Origin: Vulcanimicrobiota bacterium
GTDB taxonomy: Bacteria; Vulcanimicrobiota; Vulcanimicrobiia; Vulcanimicrobiales; Vulcanimicrobiaceae
Assembly (NCBI GenBank): GCA_027364935.1
Contig: DAHXOK010000003.1
Location: 1 to 54,643, forward strand
DNA: 54,643 bases
Direction of reading: 5' to 3'
Part shown: positions 27,478 through 36,079 of the stretch, one piece after another
How positions within the stretch are numbered: the first letter of the stretch is position 1
How the letters are laid out: every line of letters starts with the position of its first letter
Notes under the pieces: model-generated
Told to the model about the DNA's origin: nothing
The model's database searches: none
Seen by the model: the letters and a program-made list of their open reading frames with translations, nothing else
Made by a program: the position numbers and the translations under genes

Positions 27478-28059
27478 ATGGCGCGCTCGCGACGCCTCGA
27501 CCCTCGCGCGCGACTGCTCGTGCACCGTCCGTGGACGCCGCGCGAACGGCGCGTCGTCTGGAGCGGGCTCGTGGGCCGCCTCGCGATCGCCGTGGAACCG
27601 CTGCTCGGCTTCGTCTTCTTTGCCCTCTTTACATGGGGAATCGTCTGGAGGGCGCATCGCGTGCCCAGCGATGCGTCGCTGATCGTCGTCGCGCCGGTCT
27701 TCGCGCTCGGAGCCTTCGCTTTTCTCGGATACCTCGTCGCGGTGCTCGTGGCGCCGATCGTCGCGTACGCGCAAACGTACAAGCCCATCTACATCGTCGA
27801 CGGATACGTTCGCTACCGCTCCCCCGACGAAGATTCCGATCCGGGTGAATGCGGCTACGTCGCAGCGCTCTTCGAGGATAAGAGCGTGGCCTGCGAATGG
27901 CGCGCCCTTGGCAAGGCGGCGTATCCCACGCGCACCGTTGCGGCGATGGTCGAGTTTTCGGTCTTCGCCGGAATCCACGCGATCGACGGACGGCCGACGG
28001 GCCTGCTGCCGGTGGGTGATCTGCCGCCATTGACCATTGGCATAGCGCCGCGCCGGTAA
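27478..28059 (+). CDS. Hypothetical membrane protein (two TM helices)
   Basis: ATG 27478 follows the ACAD stop directly. 193 aa. Hydrophobic segments LLGFVFFALFTWGIVW and VVAPVFALGAFAFLGYLVAVLVAPIV. No family recognised. Confidence 0.5.
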   Translation: MARSRRLDPRARLLVHRPWTPRERRVVWSGLVGRLAIAVEPLLGFVFFALFTWGIVWRAHRVPSDASLIVVAPVFALGAFAFLGYLVAVLVAPIVAYAQTYKPIYIVDGYVRYRSPDEDSDPGECGYVAALFEDKSVACEWRALGKAAYPTRTVAAMVEFSVFAGIHAIDGRPTGLLPVGDLPPLTIGIAPRR

Positions 28060-28089
28060 GCCACTCGTCGCGGGCGCCAGTCGAAGAAG

Positions 28090-28278
28090 TTACTTCAACG
28101 TTTCGCGCAGCGTCGTAACGGACGGCCACCTGTGGCCGTAGCCTGAGAGCACGATGACTCCCGCGGCGATCGAGAAGGTCAGGACGAGCCCGATCGCCAC
28201 CGCCACGATGAGGCTGCGCGGTACGCCTTTGCTCTTCGGGACGTGTCCGAAATCGGGGTGGATGTCCTCGTGGCTCAT
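28090..28278 (-). CDS. Small single-TM protein, last gene of the oxidase operon
   Basis: 62 aa. SD gaggt lies 6 nt before ATG 28278. TM helix SLIVAVAIGLVLTFSIAAGVIVL. Confidence 0.6.
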   Translation of the reverse strand: MSHEDIHPDFGHVPKSKGVPRSLIVAVAIGLVLTFSIAAGVIVLSGYGHRWPSVTTLRETLK

Positions 28279-28287
28279 CTCAATACC

Positions 28288-28485
28288 TCATGCCTTTCCG
28301 ATCACCCCGAGTCCGGCAAGTGCTGCCAAGACGCCGCCGAGGGCCAACAAGCCGAGCATCAGCTTGAAGACCTGATTGTCCATGCCGGGCGTCTTCCAAT
28401 CGTTGCGCAGCGCGATCGATGCGACGACGAACACGACGATTCCGCCGGCGACGGCCAAAACGTGCTCTATTTGAACGAGATTCAT
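28288..28485 (-). CDS. Small two-TM protein, putative oxidase subunit IV-like component
   Basis: 65 aa. SD aggag lies 7 nt before ATG 28485. Sits immediately downstream of ctaE. Two hydrophobic helices. Confidence 0.6.
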   Translation of the reverse strand: MNLVQIEHVLAVAGGIVVFVVASIALRNDWKTPGMDNQVFKLMLGLLALGGVLAALAGLGVIGKA

Positions 28486-28495
28486 TCGCCGGCTC

Positions 28496-29104
28496 CTATA
28501 TCAGATAGAAGATCGAAAAGAGTACCACCCAGATCACGTCGACGAAATGCCAGTACAGCGTTCCCGCCGTGAGGCCGAAGTACTTGTTCTTGTCGTAGAC
28601 GCCGTGAACGGACTGCAGCAGCAGCACGACGAGATAACAGATGCCGCAGAAGACGTGGAAGCCGTGCATGCCCGTCAGCGTGAAGAACGACGCGCCGAAG
28701 ATCCCGCTCCCGGCCCAAGAGACGTGGTCCTGGAAATACAGCGTCGTGTACTCGATGCCTTGGCCGCACAAGAACAGGATGCCGAGGAGGATCGTCCACA
28801 GCATCAGCGACGAGTAGCGCAGGAAGTTCCCGCGCTTGAAATTCTCGAGTGCGTAATGCATCGTGGCGCCCGAGCCGAATAGAATGGCCGAGTTCAGCGC
28901 GGCGAGCGAGATCGGAGGCCGCGCGATCCCAGGCGGCGGCCATCCTTGCCCGCTGTTTCGCAAATAGAGATAGGCGAAGATAAACGACGAGAACAGCACG
29001 ACGTCGCTGACGAGAAAGAGGAGAAAGCCCTGCAGGCGCAGCTCCCGAGTGTCGGCATACAGCTGGTCGACCTCCCCGCCGCCCGGAATCGAAACAACCG
29101 CCAT
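28496..29104 (-). CDS. ctaE: Cytochrome c oxidase subunit III
   Basis: 202 aa. FLLFLVSDVVLFSSFIFAY..., GIEYTTL..., FFTLTGMHGFHVFCG..., YWHFVDVIWVVLF are subunit III motifs. Confidence 0.93.
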   Translation of the reverse strand: MAVVSIPGGGEVDQLYADTRELRLQGFLLFLVSDVVLFSSFIFAYLYLRNSGQGWPPPGIARPPISLAALNSAILFGSGATMHYALENFKRGNFLRYSSLMLWTILLGILFLCGQGIEYTTLYFQDHVSWAGSGIFGASFFTLTGMHGFHVFCGICYLVVLLLQSVHGVYDKNKYFGLTAGTLYWHFVDVIWVVLFSIFYLI

Positions 29105-29107
29105 CTC

Positions 29108-30775
29108 CTACTGCGCTCCCACGGTGACCGGAGCGTCCGTCAGCTCGTCTTCGAGATGCGTATACGGCAACGGCTCCGTGAAATCGTAGGGCAAACCGAA
29201 GACGCTGGGGATGTGCTTGAAATTGTAGTACGGCGGCGGGGACGGGATCTGCCACTCGAGCGTGCGCGCGCCCCATGGATTGTGCCCGGCTTTCTTCCCG
29301 TTGCGGATGCAGTAGAGCATGTTGACGAAGAAGATCAAGATCGCCGCGGTCATGATGAACGAGAAGATCGACTCCAGCTGGTTGACCCATTGAAACTGCG
29401 GATCGTACGAGGCGACGCGGCGCGGCATGCCTTCGGCGCCGAGCCAGTGCATCGGCAGGAACGTTCCCAAAAAGCCGATCACGAAAAGTGCGAAATGCAC
29501 GCGGCCCCAAAACTCGCTCAAGTACCGTCCGGTCATCTTCGGAAACCAGTAGTACATGCCCGAGAAGATGCCCATGAGGCTTCCGCCCACGAGCACGAAG
29601 TGCAGGTGTGCGGGGATGAAGTACGTCCCGTGCACGTGCAGATCGAACGGAATGGCAGCCAAGAAAACCCCGCTGATCCCGCCGAAGGTGAAGAGTACGA
29701 GGAATCCGAGCGCGAACAGCATCGAGGTCGTCAGGTGGATCTTCCCGCCCCACATCGTCGCGAGCCACGAGAAGATCTTGATGCCGGTCGGTACCGCGAT
29801 GGCGAACGTGAGCACCATGAACGGCAGCTGCATGTACGGCGCGATGCCCGACGTGAACATGTGATGCGCCCAGACCATGAACCCTGCGAGCGCGATCGCC
29901 GCCGACGAGAACGCGATCATTCGATAGCCGAAGACGGGCTTACGCGAGAAGACGGAGATCACTTCCGACATGATGCCGAACGCCGGCAGGATCATGATGT
30001 AGACGGCGGGATGCGAGTAGAACCAGAACATGTGCTGCCAAAGCACCGGCGAGCCACCCTTCGTCGGATCGTAGAAGGGAACGCCGAACTGGCGCTCCAT
30101 GAAGAGCGCCGCGAGCGCGGCCGCGAGCGCCGTCGTCGCAATCATCAACAGCGGAGCGGTGGCCAACTGTCCCCAGCAGAAGAGTGGCATGCGCGTGAAC
30201 GTCATGCCGGGCGCGCGCATCTTGAGTATCGTGACCAGGAAGTTGATGCCGGTGAGCGTCGAGCTGACGCCGACGAGGAAGATCGCCGCACACCACATCG
30301 ACGTTCCCGCCCCTCCCTGCAACGACATCGGCGGGTACTCGGTCCAACCAGCGACCGGTGCGCCCATCAGGAACGACGAGAAGAGCATCAAGCCGGCGAC
30401 CGGGAAGAGCCAGAAGCTGATCATGTTCAGCCAGGGAAACGCCACGTCGCGCGCGCCCAACTGGACCGGCATCACGAAGTTTCCGAAGCCGCCCGTAAGC
30501 ATGGGAATGATCACGAGCCATACCATCGCGGAACCGTGAATCGAGTACACCTCGTCGTACGTGTTGGCCGTTACGAATCCGCCGTTCGCGTGCATCAACT
30601 GGATGCGAATGATTTCGGCCAGACAACCTGCGAGCACGAAGAAGACGAACGCCGTGATGATGTATTGGATGCCGATGATCTTGTGATCGAGCGAAAAGAC
30701 GTACTTTCGCACGAAGCCCTGCGGCTCGGGATGAATGTGTTCGGCGATTCCACCGTGTTCTGCGATGACTGACAT
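29108..30775 (-). CDS. ctaD: Cytochrome c oxidase subunit I
   Basis: 555 aa. DHKIIGIQY..., GSAMVWLVIIP..., WFYSHPAVYIMILPAFG..., WAHHMFTSG..., HLHFVLVGG contain the heme a/a3-CuB ligand histidines. Confidence 0.97.
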   Translation of the reverse strand: MSVIAEHGGIAEHIHPEPQGFVRKYVFSLDHKIIGIQYIITAFVFFVLAGCLAEIIRIQLMHANGGFVTANTYDEVYSIHGSAMVWLVIIPMLTGGFGNFVMPVQLGARDVAFPWLNMISFWLFPVAGLMLFSSFLMGAPVAGWTEYPPMSLQGGAGTSMWCAAIFLVGVSSTLTGINFLVTILKMRAPGMTFTRMPLFCWGQLATAPLLMIATTALAAALAALFMERQFGVPFYDPTKGGSPVLWQHMFWFYSHPAVYIMILPAFGIMSEVISVFSRKPVFGYRMIAFSSAAIALAGFMVWAHHMFTSGIAPYMQLPFMVLTFAIAVPTGIKIFSWLATMWGGKIHLTTSMLFALGFLVLFTFGGISGVFLAAIPFDLHVHGTYFIPAHLHFVLVGGSLMGIFSGMYYWFPKMTGRYLSEFWGRVHFALFVIGFLGTFLPMHWLGAEGMPRRVASYDPQFQWVNQLESIFSFIMTAAILIFFVNMLYCIRNGKKAGHNPWGARTLEWQIPSPPPYYNFKHIPSVFGLPYDFTEPLPYTHLEDELTDAPVTVGAQ

Positions 30776-30792
30776 GCGATGTAGCTCCGGTT

Positions 30793-31878
30793 CTACTTCA
30801 ACGTGTTGAGAAAAGCGACGAGGTTGGCGATATCGTTGTTCGACAGCCCGTTTTCGGCCTGATTCGGCATGTGCCCCATGCTGCCGGTATATCCGTTCTG
30901 GAGAATCTTCGCGACGTCGGCCGGGGTCGCCTCATCGCCGTCGACGAGCTCCGGATGCGACTCATCGTGGAGTACGCCCCGCAAACCCGGTCCCACGATG
31001 CGCTGTTCGAACGGCCCAAGCGCGTGGCACGCACTGCATTTCTGCGAAAAGAGCGTCCGCCCGGCCGCCGCGTCGCCGCCGGCGAGGCTGATCGCTCCGG
31101 AGCTGACCGTCGGGATCGCGTTGCTGACGTGCGCGTTGCGCTGCTGCCAATCGTGGTACCACGCCAAGTATGCAGGCATCGACTGGACGACCATCGTCTG
31201 CTTGTCCATCGTCGAGTGCCCCGTTCCGCAGAACTCCGTGCAGATGATCTGATAGCGCCCCACGCGCGTCGGCGTGAATCGAATCGTGTTGATCATACCC
31301 GGAATCATGTCGGCTTTGAGACGCATGTCGGGAACCCAGAAGGAGTGGATGACGTCGTTCGACGTCAGGTTGAGCGTCACCGGCATGTTGACCGGAAGGT
31401 GCATCGCGTCCGTCACCTCACCGTTGACGTTGGGATAGCGAAACGTGAAGTACCACTGCCGTCCGATCGATTCGACGACCAAGCCGTTCGTCGGCTGAAT
31501 CTGGAGCACGTACCAAATCTTGATGCTCAGAATCGACAAGAGAATGACGAAAAGCGTCGGTACGACGGTCCACGCGATCTCCAGCTTCGCGTTATCGTGA
31601 ACCTGCACGCCGAGTGCGTCCGGTGGATCGCTGCGCCGCAGCCGATACGCGATCGCGAAATAGATGACGTATCCGACGACGAACGTGTACAGCACCGCAG
31701 CGGTAGACGACATGAAGCGGAAAAGCCAGTCCACTTGGTCGCCCGGATGACCGCCCTCCGGCGGTAGCCACGGCTCGACTGACGGCATCAGCCAGAAATA
31801 GAGTACTCCGGCAATAGAGATGACGGCGAGAATCGCCGTCGTTACCCAGAAGCCACGTCCCGGCTTATTCGTCTCCAC
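30793..31878 (-). CDS. ctaC: Cytochrome c oxidase subunit II with C-terminal cytochrome c domain (caa3 type)
   Basis: GTG 31878 lies inside track ORF 30793..32493. CuA motif HSFWVPD...ICTEFCGTGHSTM, and a C-terminal CSACH heme c site with a distal GSMGHMP. 361 aa. The start is uncertain, with no clear SD. Confidence 0.88.
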   Translation of the reverse strand: METNKPGRGFWVTTAILAVISIAGVLYFWLMPSVEPWLPPEGGHPGDQVDWLFRFMSSTAAVLYTFVVGYVIYFAIAYRLRRSDPPDALGVQVHDNAKLEIAWTVVPTLFVILLSILSIKIWYVLQIQPTNGLVVESIGRQWYFTFRYPNVNGEVTDAMHLPVNMPVTLNLTSNDVIHSFWVPDMRLKADMIPGMINTIRFTPTRVGRYQIICTEFCGTGHSTMDKQTMVVQSMPAYLAWYHDWQQRNAHVSNAIPTVSSGAISLAGGDAAAGRTLFSQKCSACHALGPFEQRIVGPGLRGVLHDESHPELVDGDEATPADVAKILQNGYTGSMGHMPNQAENGLSNNDIANLVAFLNTLK

Positions 31879-32635
31879 GCCACAGCGGCTTCGCGCAGAT
31901 TCTCGCCGACCCTTCGCGCTCGCCGCGAAGCGCGGCGACGAACGAACGCGTACGTCGGAAGACCGTCTCCGCGTCGTGCGCCGCGCCGGTGATCGCAGTT
32001 CCGACGACGACGGCATCCGCGCCCGCTTCAAGCCCCGCGCGCGCGCGCTCGGGGTCGGCAATGCCCCCTTCGCAGACCGCGAATGCGCCAAAGGTCGCAA
32101 GCTCGCCGGCGAGCTGCAGCGCGGGAAGCTCGGCGCCGCGCGTCCCTTCAGTGTAACCGCAAAGAGTCGTCGCAAGAATATCCGCGCCGGCGGCGCGCGC
32201 ATCGCGACCGTCCCCGCCGCGCGCGCAATCCGCCATGGCGAGCGCTCCCGCGCGATGGATCTCTGCGACGATCGCATCGGTCGTGCTACCGTCCGGTCGC
32301 GGCCGGCGAGTCGCATCGAAAGCAACGATCTCTGCTCCGGTTGCAAGAACCTCGCGAACGTCGGCCAGCGTCGGCGTGATATACGGAAGAAACCCGTCGT
32401 ACTCGCGCTTGATGATGCCGATGACCGGCACGCCGATGCGCGCGCGAACGGCCTCGAGGTGCGCGACGGACTCGATGCGTACGCCCGCAGCACCCGCCTC
32501 CACGGCCGCGGCTGCCATCGCGGCGATGTTCTCGGGACGCGCGAGCTGCGATCCTCGGGGAACCTGCACCGACACGATGAGGTTACCGCGCAGGCGCGCG
32601 AGGACGTCCGGTTCGGGTGGAGGCGGATGGCTCAC
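31865..32635 (-). CDS. nanE: N-acetylmannosamine-6-phosphate 2-epimerase
   Basis: GTG 32635 overlaps the upstream stop (GTGA). LIVSVQ...AAAAVEAGAAGVRIESV...VPVIGIIKREYDGFLPYITPT...IVAFDATRRPRPDG...TTLCGYT...VCEGGI...AVVVGTAIT follows the NanE TIM-barrel pattern. 256 aa. Its 3' end overlaps the ctaC start by 14 nt. Confidence 0.85.
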   Translation of the reverse strand: MSHPPPPEPDVLARLRGNLIVSVQVPRGSQLARPENIAAMAAAAVEAGAAGVRIESVAHLEAVRARIGVPVIGIIKREYDGFLPYITPTLADVREVLATGAEIVAFDATRRPRPDGSTTDAIVAEIHRAGALAMADCARGGDGRDARAAGADILATTLCGYTEGTRGAELPALQLAGELATFGAFAVCEGGIADPERARAGLEAGADAVVVGTAITGAAHDAETVFRRTRSFVAALRGEREGSARICAKPLWRGDE

Positions 32636-33534
32636 GTTAGGCGTTCGCAAGGGATGCCGGCTTCGCGAAGAGCCAGGAGCACGGCGCCCAGCACCGGCGG
32701 ATACCGAGGCTCGACGATCTCGACGTCGGGCGCCAGCGTACGTAGTCTCTCGTAGAGACCGTCGCGGAACGGCGCATCGCGCAACAAGCCGCCCGTGAAG
32801 GCCGCACGCGGATGCGAGATCCAGTGCCGACGCCGGTCGAGCGAGCGCGCCGCCAGCTTGGCGAGCTGCTCCTGCGCGCTGGAAACGGTGTCGCGCGCGG
32901 ACGATAGCTCGAGCACGACTCGCGCGAACGACGCCAGCCTGTCGCGATCGATCGTTCCGTGGTAGAAGGCCGCCAGGAGTTCTCGAAGCGACGCCACGCC
33001 GAAGTATCGCTTTGCCTCCGATTCGACGACGCAGCCGGCGTCCTCCGACATCGCGGAAGCAATCGCCGTCCTCGCGATCCAAAACGCGCTGCCCTCGTCG
33101 CCGAAGACGTATCCCAAACCACCGAACAGCTCCGCGCAGCCGTCGTCATCGACGACGTAGCCCACCGATCCCGTTCCGGCGATAACGACGACGCCCGAGC
33201 CTCCGGCAAACGCACCGGCGTGCGCGATGAACGGATCGTGGACGAGGGAGAACGAGGCAGTGGGAAGCGAGGGCGTGACGCCGTAAACGCGCCCCTCGTA
33301 ACCGCTCACGCCCGCAACCACCGCCTCAAAGGACGTTCCCGCGGATACCCCAGCAGCACGGCGCGCCGCCTCCAAGGCGTTCGCCAGGGCGTCGTGCAGT
33401 CGCGTCGACTGCGGACCGGCGCCGACTTCGTCCGCCGGGCCCGCCTCTCCGTAACCGAGGACGCGACCCCGTTCGTCTGCGACAGCCGCCTGCGTCCCGG
33501 TCTGGCCTCCGTCGATTCCCGCGACATATCTCAT
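32632..33534 (-). CDS. BadF/BadG/BcrA/BcrD-type ATPase, N-acetylglucosamine-kinase-like
   Basis: ATG 33534 gives MRYVAGIDGGQTGTQAAVADERGRVLG..., then VIAGTGSVGY and GGLGYVFGDEGSAFWI, an ASKHA-fold kinase pattern. 300 aa. The ATG overlaps the upstream stop (ATGA). Confidence 0.8.
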   Translation of the reverse strand: MRYVAGIDGGQTGTQAAVADERGRVLGYGEAGPADEVGAGPQSTRLHDALANALEAARRAAGVSAGTSFEAVVAGVSGYEGRVYGVTPSLPTASFSLVHDPFIAHAGAFAGGSGVVVIAGTGSVGYVVDDDGCAELFGGLGYVFGDEGSAFWIARTAIASAMSEDAGCVVESEAKRYFGVASLRELLAAFYHGTIDRDRLASFARVVLELSSARDTVSSAQEQLAKLAARSLDRRRHWISHPRAAFTGGLLRDAPFRDGLYERLRTLAPDVEIVEPRYPPVLGAVLLALREAGIPCERLT

Positions 33535-33824
33535 GGAACGAACGAGCGAGCAAACGCGTCGGCGGCGCGCTCGCGCTCGTCGCGCGGCCGCACGCGCGGC
33601 ACGGCGCCGATCGCCTCGAGATGATGGTAGAGCTCGTGCGCCACGGCGCGAAGGAAGAACCGGCGTCGCGCCGAGCCGCGCAGCGCGCTCATGCGCCGCG
33701 CGTTGACGCGGATCGTCGGACCGCGCCCGTCGTACTCCGCGTTGAGCGCGCGCTCCGCCCACGCTCCCAAGTCCGAGATCTCGATACGCACTCCGTAGCG
33801 GCGCGCCGCGCGTACGAGGCTCAC
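33531..33824 (-). CDS. ImmA/IrrE-like minimal metallopeptidase domain protein (HEXXH)
   Basis: GTG 33824 overlaps the upstream stop (GTGA). 97 aa. YGVRIEISDLG...GPTIRVNARR...RRRFFLRAVAHELYHHLE resembles the core of COG2856-type peptidases. Confidence 0.55.
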   Translation of the reverse strand: MSLVRAARRYGVRIEISDLGAWAERALNAEYDGRGPTIRVNARRMSALRGSARRRFFLRAVAHELYHHLEAIGAVPRVRPRDERERAADAFARSFVP

Positions 33825-35158
33825 AGAACCACGCCGTCGCGCTCGAGCTGCGCGCGCAGCTCGAGCGTATCGATCGCGCTCGGTGCGACGTCGCGCTCGC
33901 ACGCGAGTGCGGCAGCCGTGCCGGCGGCTTGACCGAGCGTCATGACGGTCGGGGTAAGCCGGGTCGACGCGAGAGCCTCGTGCGTCGTCGAGATGCAGCG
34001 CCCGGCAACCAGTAGCCCTTCGCAGGTACTCGGCACGAGACACCGATACGGGATCCCGTAACTCGTTCCCGGCGCTAGGCGTTGCGTCGTCGTACCTTGC
34101 CCGGAGGGATTGTGTATGTCGATGGGATACGCACTGCGCGCGATCGCGTCGTCGAAATGCCGCGCCTGCAGCACGTCGTCGCGCGTGAGCGTATATCGCC
34201 CGACGATGCGTCGCGACTCGCGTATGCCGATCTGCGTTCCGGTAGCGGCGATTCGTGCGTTCTCGAAGCCCGGAACCCGCGCGCGAAAGAAGGCGGCGAG
34301 CTGCATGACCTGTCGGCGCGCTTCGATCTCGGCTCGCGTCAGATCGTCCGGATCGAGCGGATCGATCTCGAGGACGCGCGTCATGTTGACGGTGACTTCG
34401 TCGGGATACGGTGAAACGAAGAACGAGACGAGCTCGCGCGGCACGTCGACCAGGCCGTCTTTTTGCGCGCGCGCCCAGAGATCGTGGAGCCCGGCGACCG
34501 CCGTTACCGTCGACGCCGTCCGCTCGTGCGCCTTGAGCGAGGTGCGCATTTGATCGGGATGCGTTCGAAGGTACGCCGCCGTTTTTGCGAGATCGACGTG
34601 GCTCATGCGAAACATCAGCGACGCAGGCTGCACCCGTCCGCGCGCGTCACCTTTTTGCGTCGGCACGCCGGCAGAAGCTGCAACGAAAGCGTCGGCGGTA
34701 GCGTCGATGACGACGCGCGCGCGGTAGACGCGCTTTCCGCCGACCGTATCGAAGGCCGCCCCGACCACGGCATCGCCCTCAACCAACGCGCTCGTGAACC
34801 ACGCGTGCAGGAGGAGGCGCACGCGCGCTTGCGTGGTCATCTCGAAGAGCAACGCCTTATGAGTTTCCGGGTCGAAGGGCGTGATCGTCGGAACGTAATC
34901 CGAGCTGTCAGGGATGTGGCCGGGCGAGGCGCCGAGCGCTATCAGCCGCGAGACGATCTCTTGCGCTATTCCGCCGACGATACGATCCGAGCCCGAGTGA
35001 AAGGTCATCCAAGGGCCGACCATCGCCGCGGTTGCCGTGCCGCCGAGGAACCCGTACCGCTCGACGAGCAGGGTCTTCGCGCCGTGGCGAGCCGCCGCGA
35101 TTGCTGCCGCACAGCCGGCGTTTCAGCCGCCCACCACGAGCACGTCGAACTCGCGCAT
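33821..35158 (-). pseudogene. FAD-dependent oxidoreductase (PF12831-like) with in-frame TGA at codon 12
   Basis: ATG 35158 gives MREFDVLVVGG-TGA(35125..35123)-NAGCAAAIAAARHGAKTLLVERYGFLGGTATAAMVGPWMTF..., in the same frame as track ORF 33821..35023. The N-terminal Rossmann fingerprint is interrupted exactly at the central Gly. Confidence 0.75.
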
Positions 35159-35226
35159 TACCGCCGCGATTCGCCGGGTTGCTTGGCAGGCCATTCCCGC
35201 CGCAACGCCCGAATGATGCGCAAGCG

Positions 35227-35943
35227 ATGATCACGTTCTCCAGGTCGGCGCAGTACTACGACGCGCTTCTCACCGCCGCGGGAAAGGACTACGCGCGCGA
35301 GAGCGCCGTGATCTGCGAGCTTGTCGAGCGCTACAAACGCTCCCCGGGGCGCAGGCTCCTCGACGTGGCGTGCGGCACCGGGCGACACCTCGAGTGCCTG
35401 CGGGAGCGCTTCGAGTGCGAAGGGCTGGACATCGACCGCGGCATGCTGGCGTTGGCCGCGGAGCGCTCTGCGGACATACCGCTGCATCTCGCAGACATGA
35501 TCGGCTTCAATCTCGGTACGCGCTTCGACGTCATCGTCTGCCTCTTCGGATCGATTGCCTATCTTCCGACGGTTCAGCGCTTCGAGCAAGCAATTGCGAA
35601 CTTCGCACGTCATCTCGCGCCGGGTGGCATCGCCATCGTCGAGCCATGGCTGCGACCGAACGAGTGGGAGGATGGCCACGTGAGCGCGCGCTTCGCCGAT
35701 CTCCCGGGGATGAAGATCGCACGAATGCACGTCGCGCGCCGCGACGAGCTCGTCGCAATTCTCAACTTTCATTATATGGTAGCGCACACAGACGGGGTTC
35801 GCAGCTTCGAGGAGACGCACCGCCTTCTCTTGCTGAGCGACGAGCAGTACCACGATGCATTCCTGCGCACGGGTTTCGAACTGCACCACGGCAAACAGGT
35901 TCTCGCCGGCAGAGACTTGTTCGTGGGCATTCGCTCGGACTGA
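35227..35943 (+). CDS. Class I SAM-dependent methyltransferase, TylM1/DesVI-like (amino-sugar N,N-dimethyltransferase family) by pattern
   Basis: ATG 35227 lies inside track ORF 35032..35943. YYDALLTAAGKDYARES...LLDVACGTGRHLE...GLDIDRGML...VCLFGSIAYL...LAPGGIAIVEPW...GRDLFVGI parallels the TylM1/DesVI layout as I recall it. 238 aa. Confidence 0.7.
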   Translation: MITFSRSAQYYDALLTAAGKDYARESAVICELVERYKRSPGRRLLDVACGTGRHLECLRERFECEGLDIDRGMLALAAERSADIPLHLADMIGFNLGTRFDVIVCLFGSIAYLPTVQRFEQAIANFARHLAPGGIAIVEPWLRPNEWEDGHVSARFADLPGMKIARMHVARRDELVAILNFHYMVAHTDGVRSFEETHRLLLLSDEQYHDAFLRTGFELHHGKQVLAGRDLFVGIRSD

Positions 35944-36079
35944 GATCCATCGCGGGACAGAGGTCCATCTAGCGTTGAGGCCGCGAAACGGCCGAAGCGA
36001 AGTGTAGTGCCAGGCCGAGCGCAACGTGCGAGGCCAATTCGGAAGAGGGAATCCTGCTCCGGAGGCATAGCCTGGCGGT

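Noticed and set aside
28946-30772. 608-aa + strand ORF
   Set aside because: Exactly antisense to ctaD/ctaE, which carry all canonical oxidase motifs. The product is extremely Arg/Glu/His/Asp-rich and not membrane-like.
35123-35125. UGA read as Gly (genetic code 25) or as selenocysteine
   Set aside because: TGA clearly terminates many well-defined genes in this window (ctaA, ctaB, nanE, prfC and others). Sec at the structural Gly of a Rossmann fingerprint makes no chemical sense, and I see no convincing SECIS-like hairpin just downstream.
35944-36079. Possible amino-acid riboswitch or T-box in the 136-nt leader of the APC permease
   Set aside because: I could not recognise lysine, glycine or T-box consensus elements. 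Only a short ggccg-cgaaa-cggcc hairpin is present. An Rfam scan would be needed.
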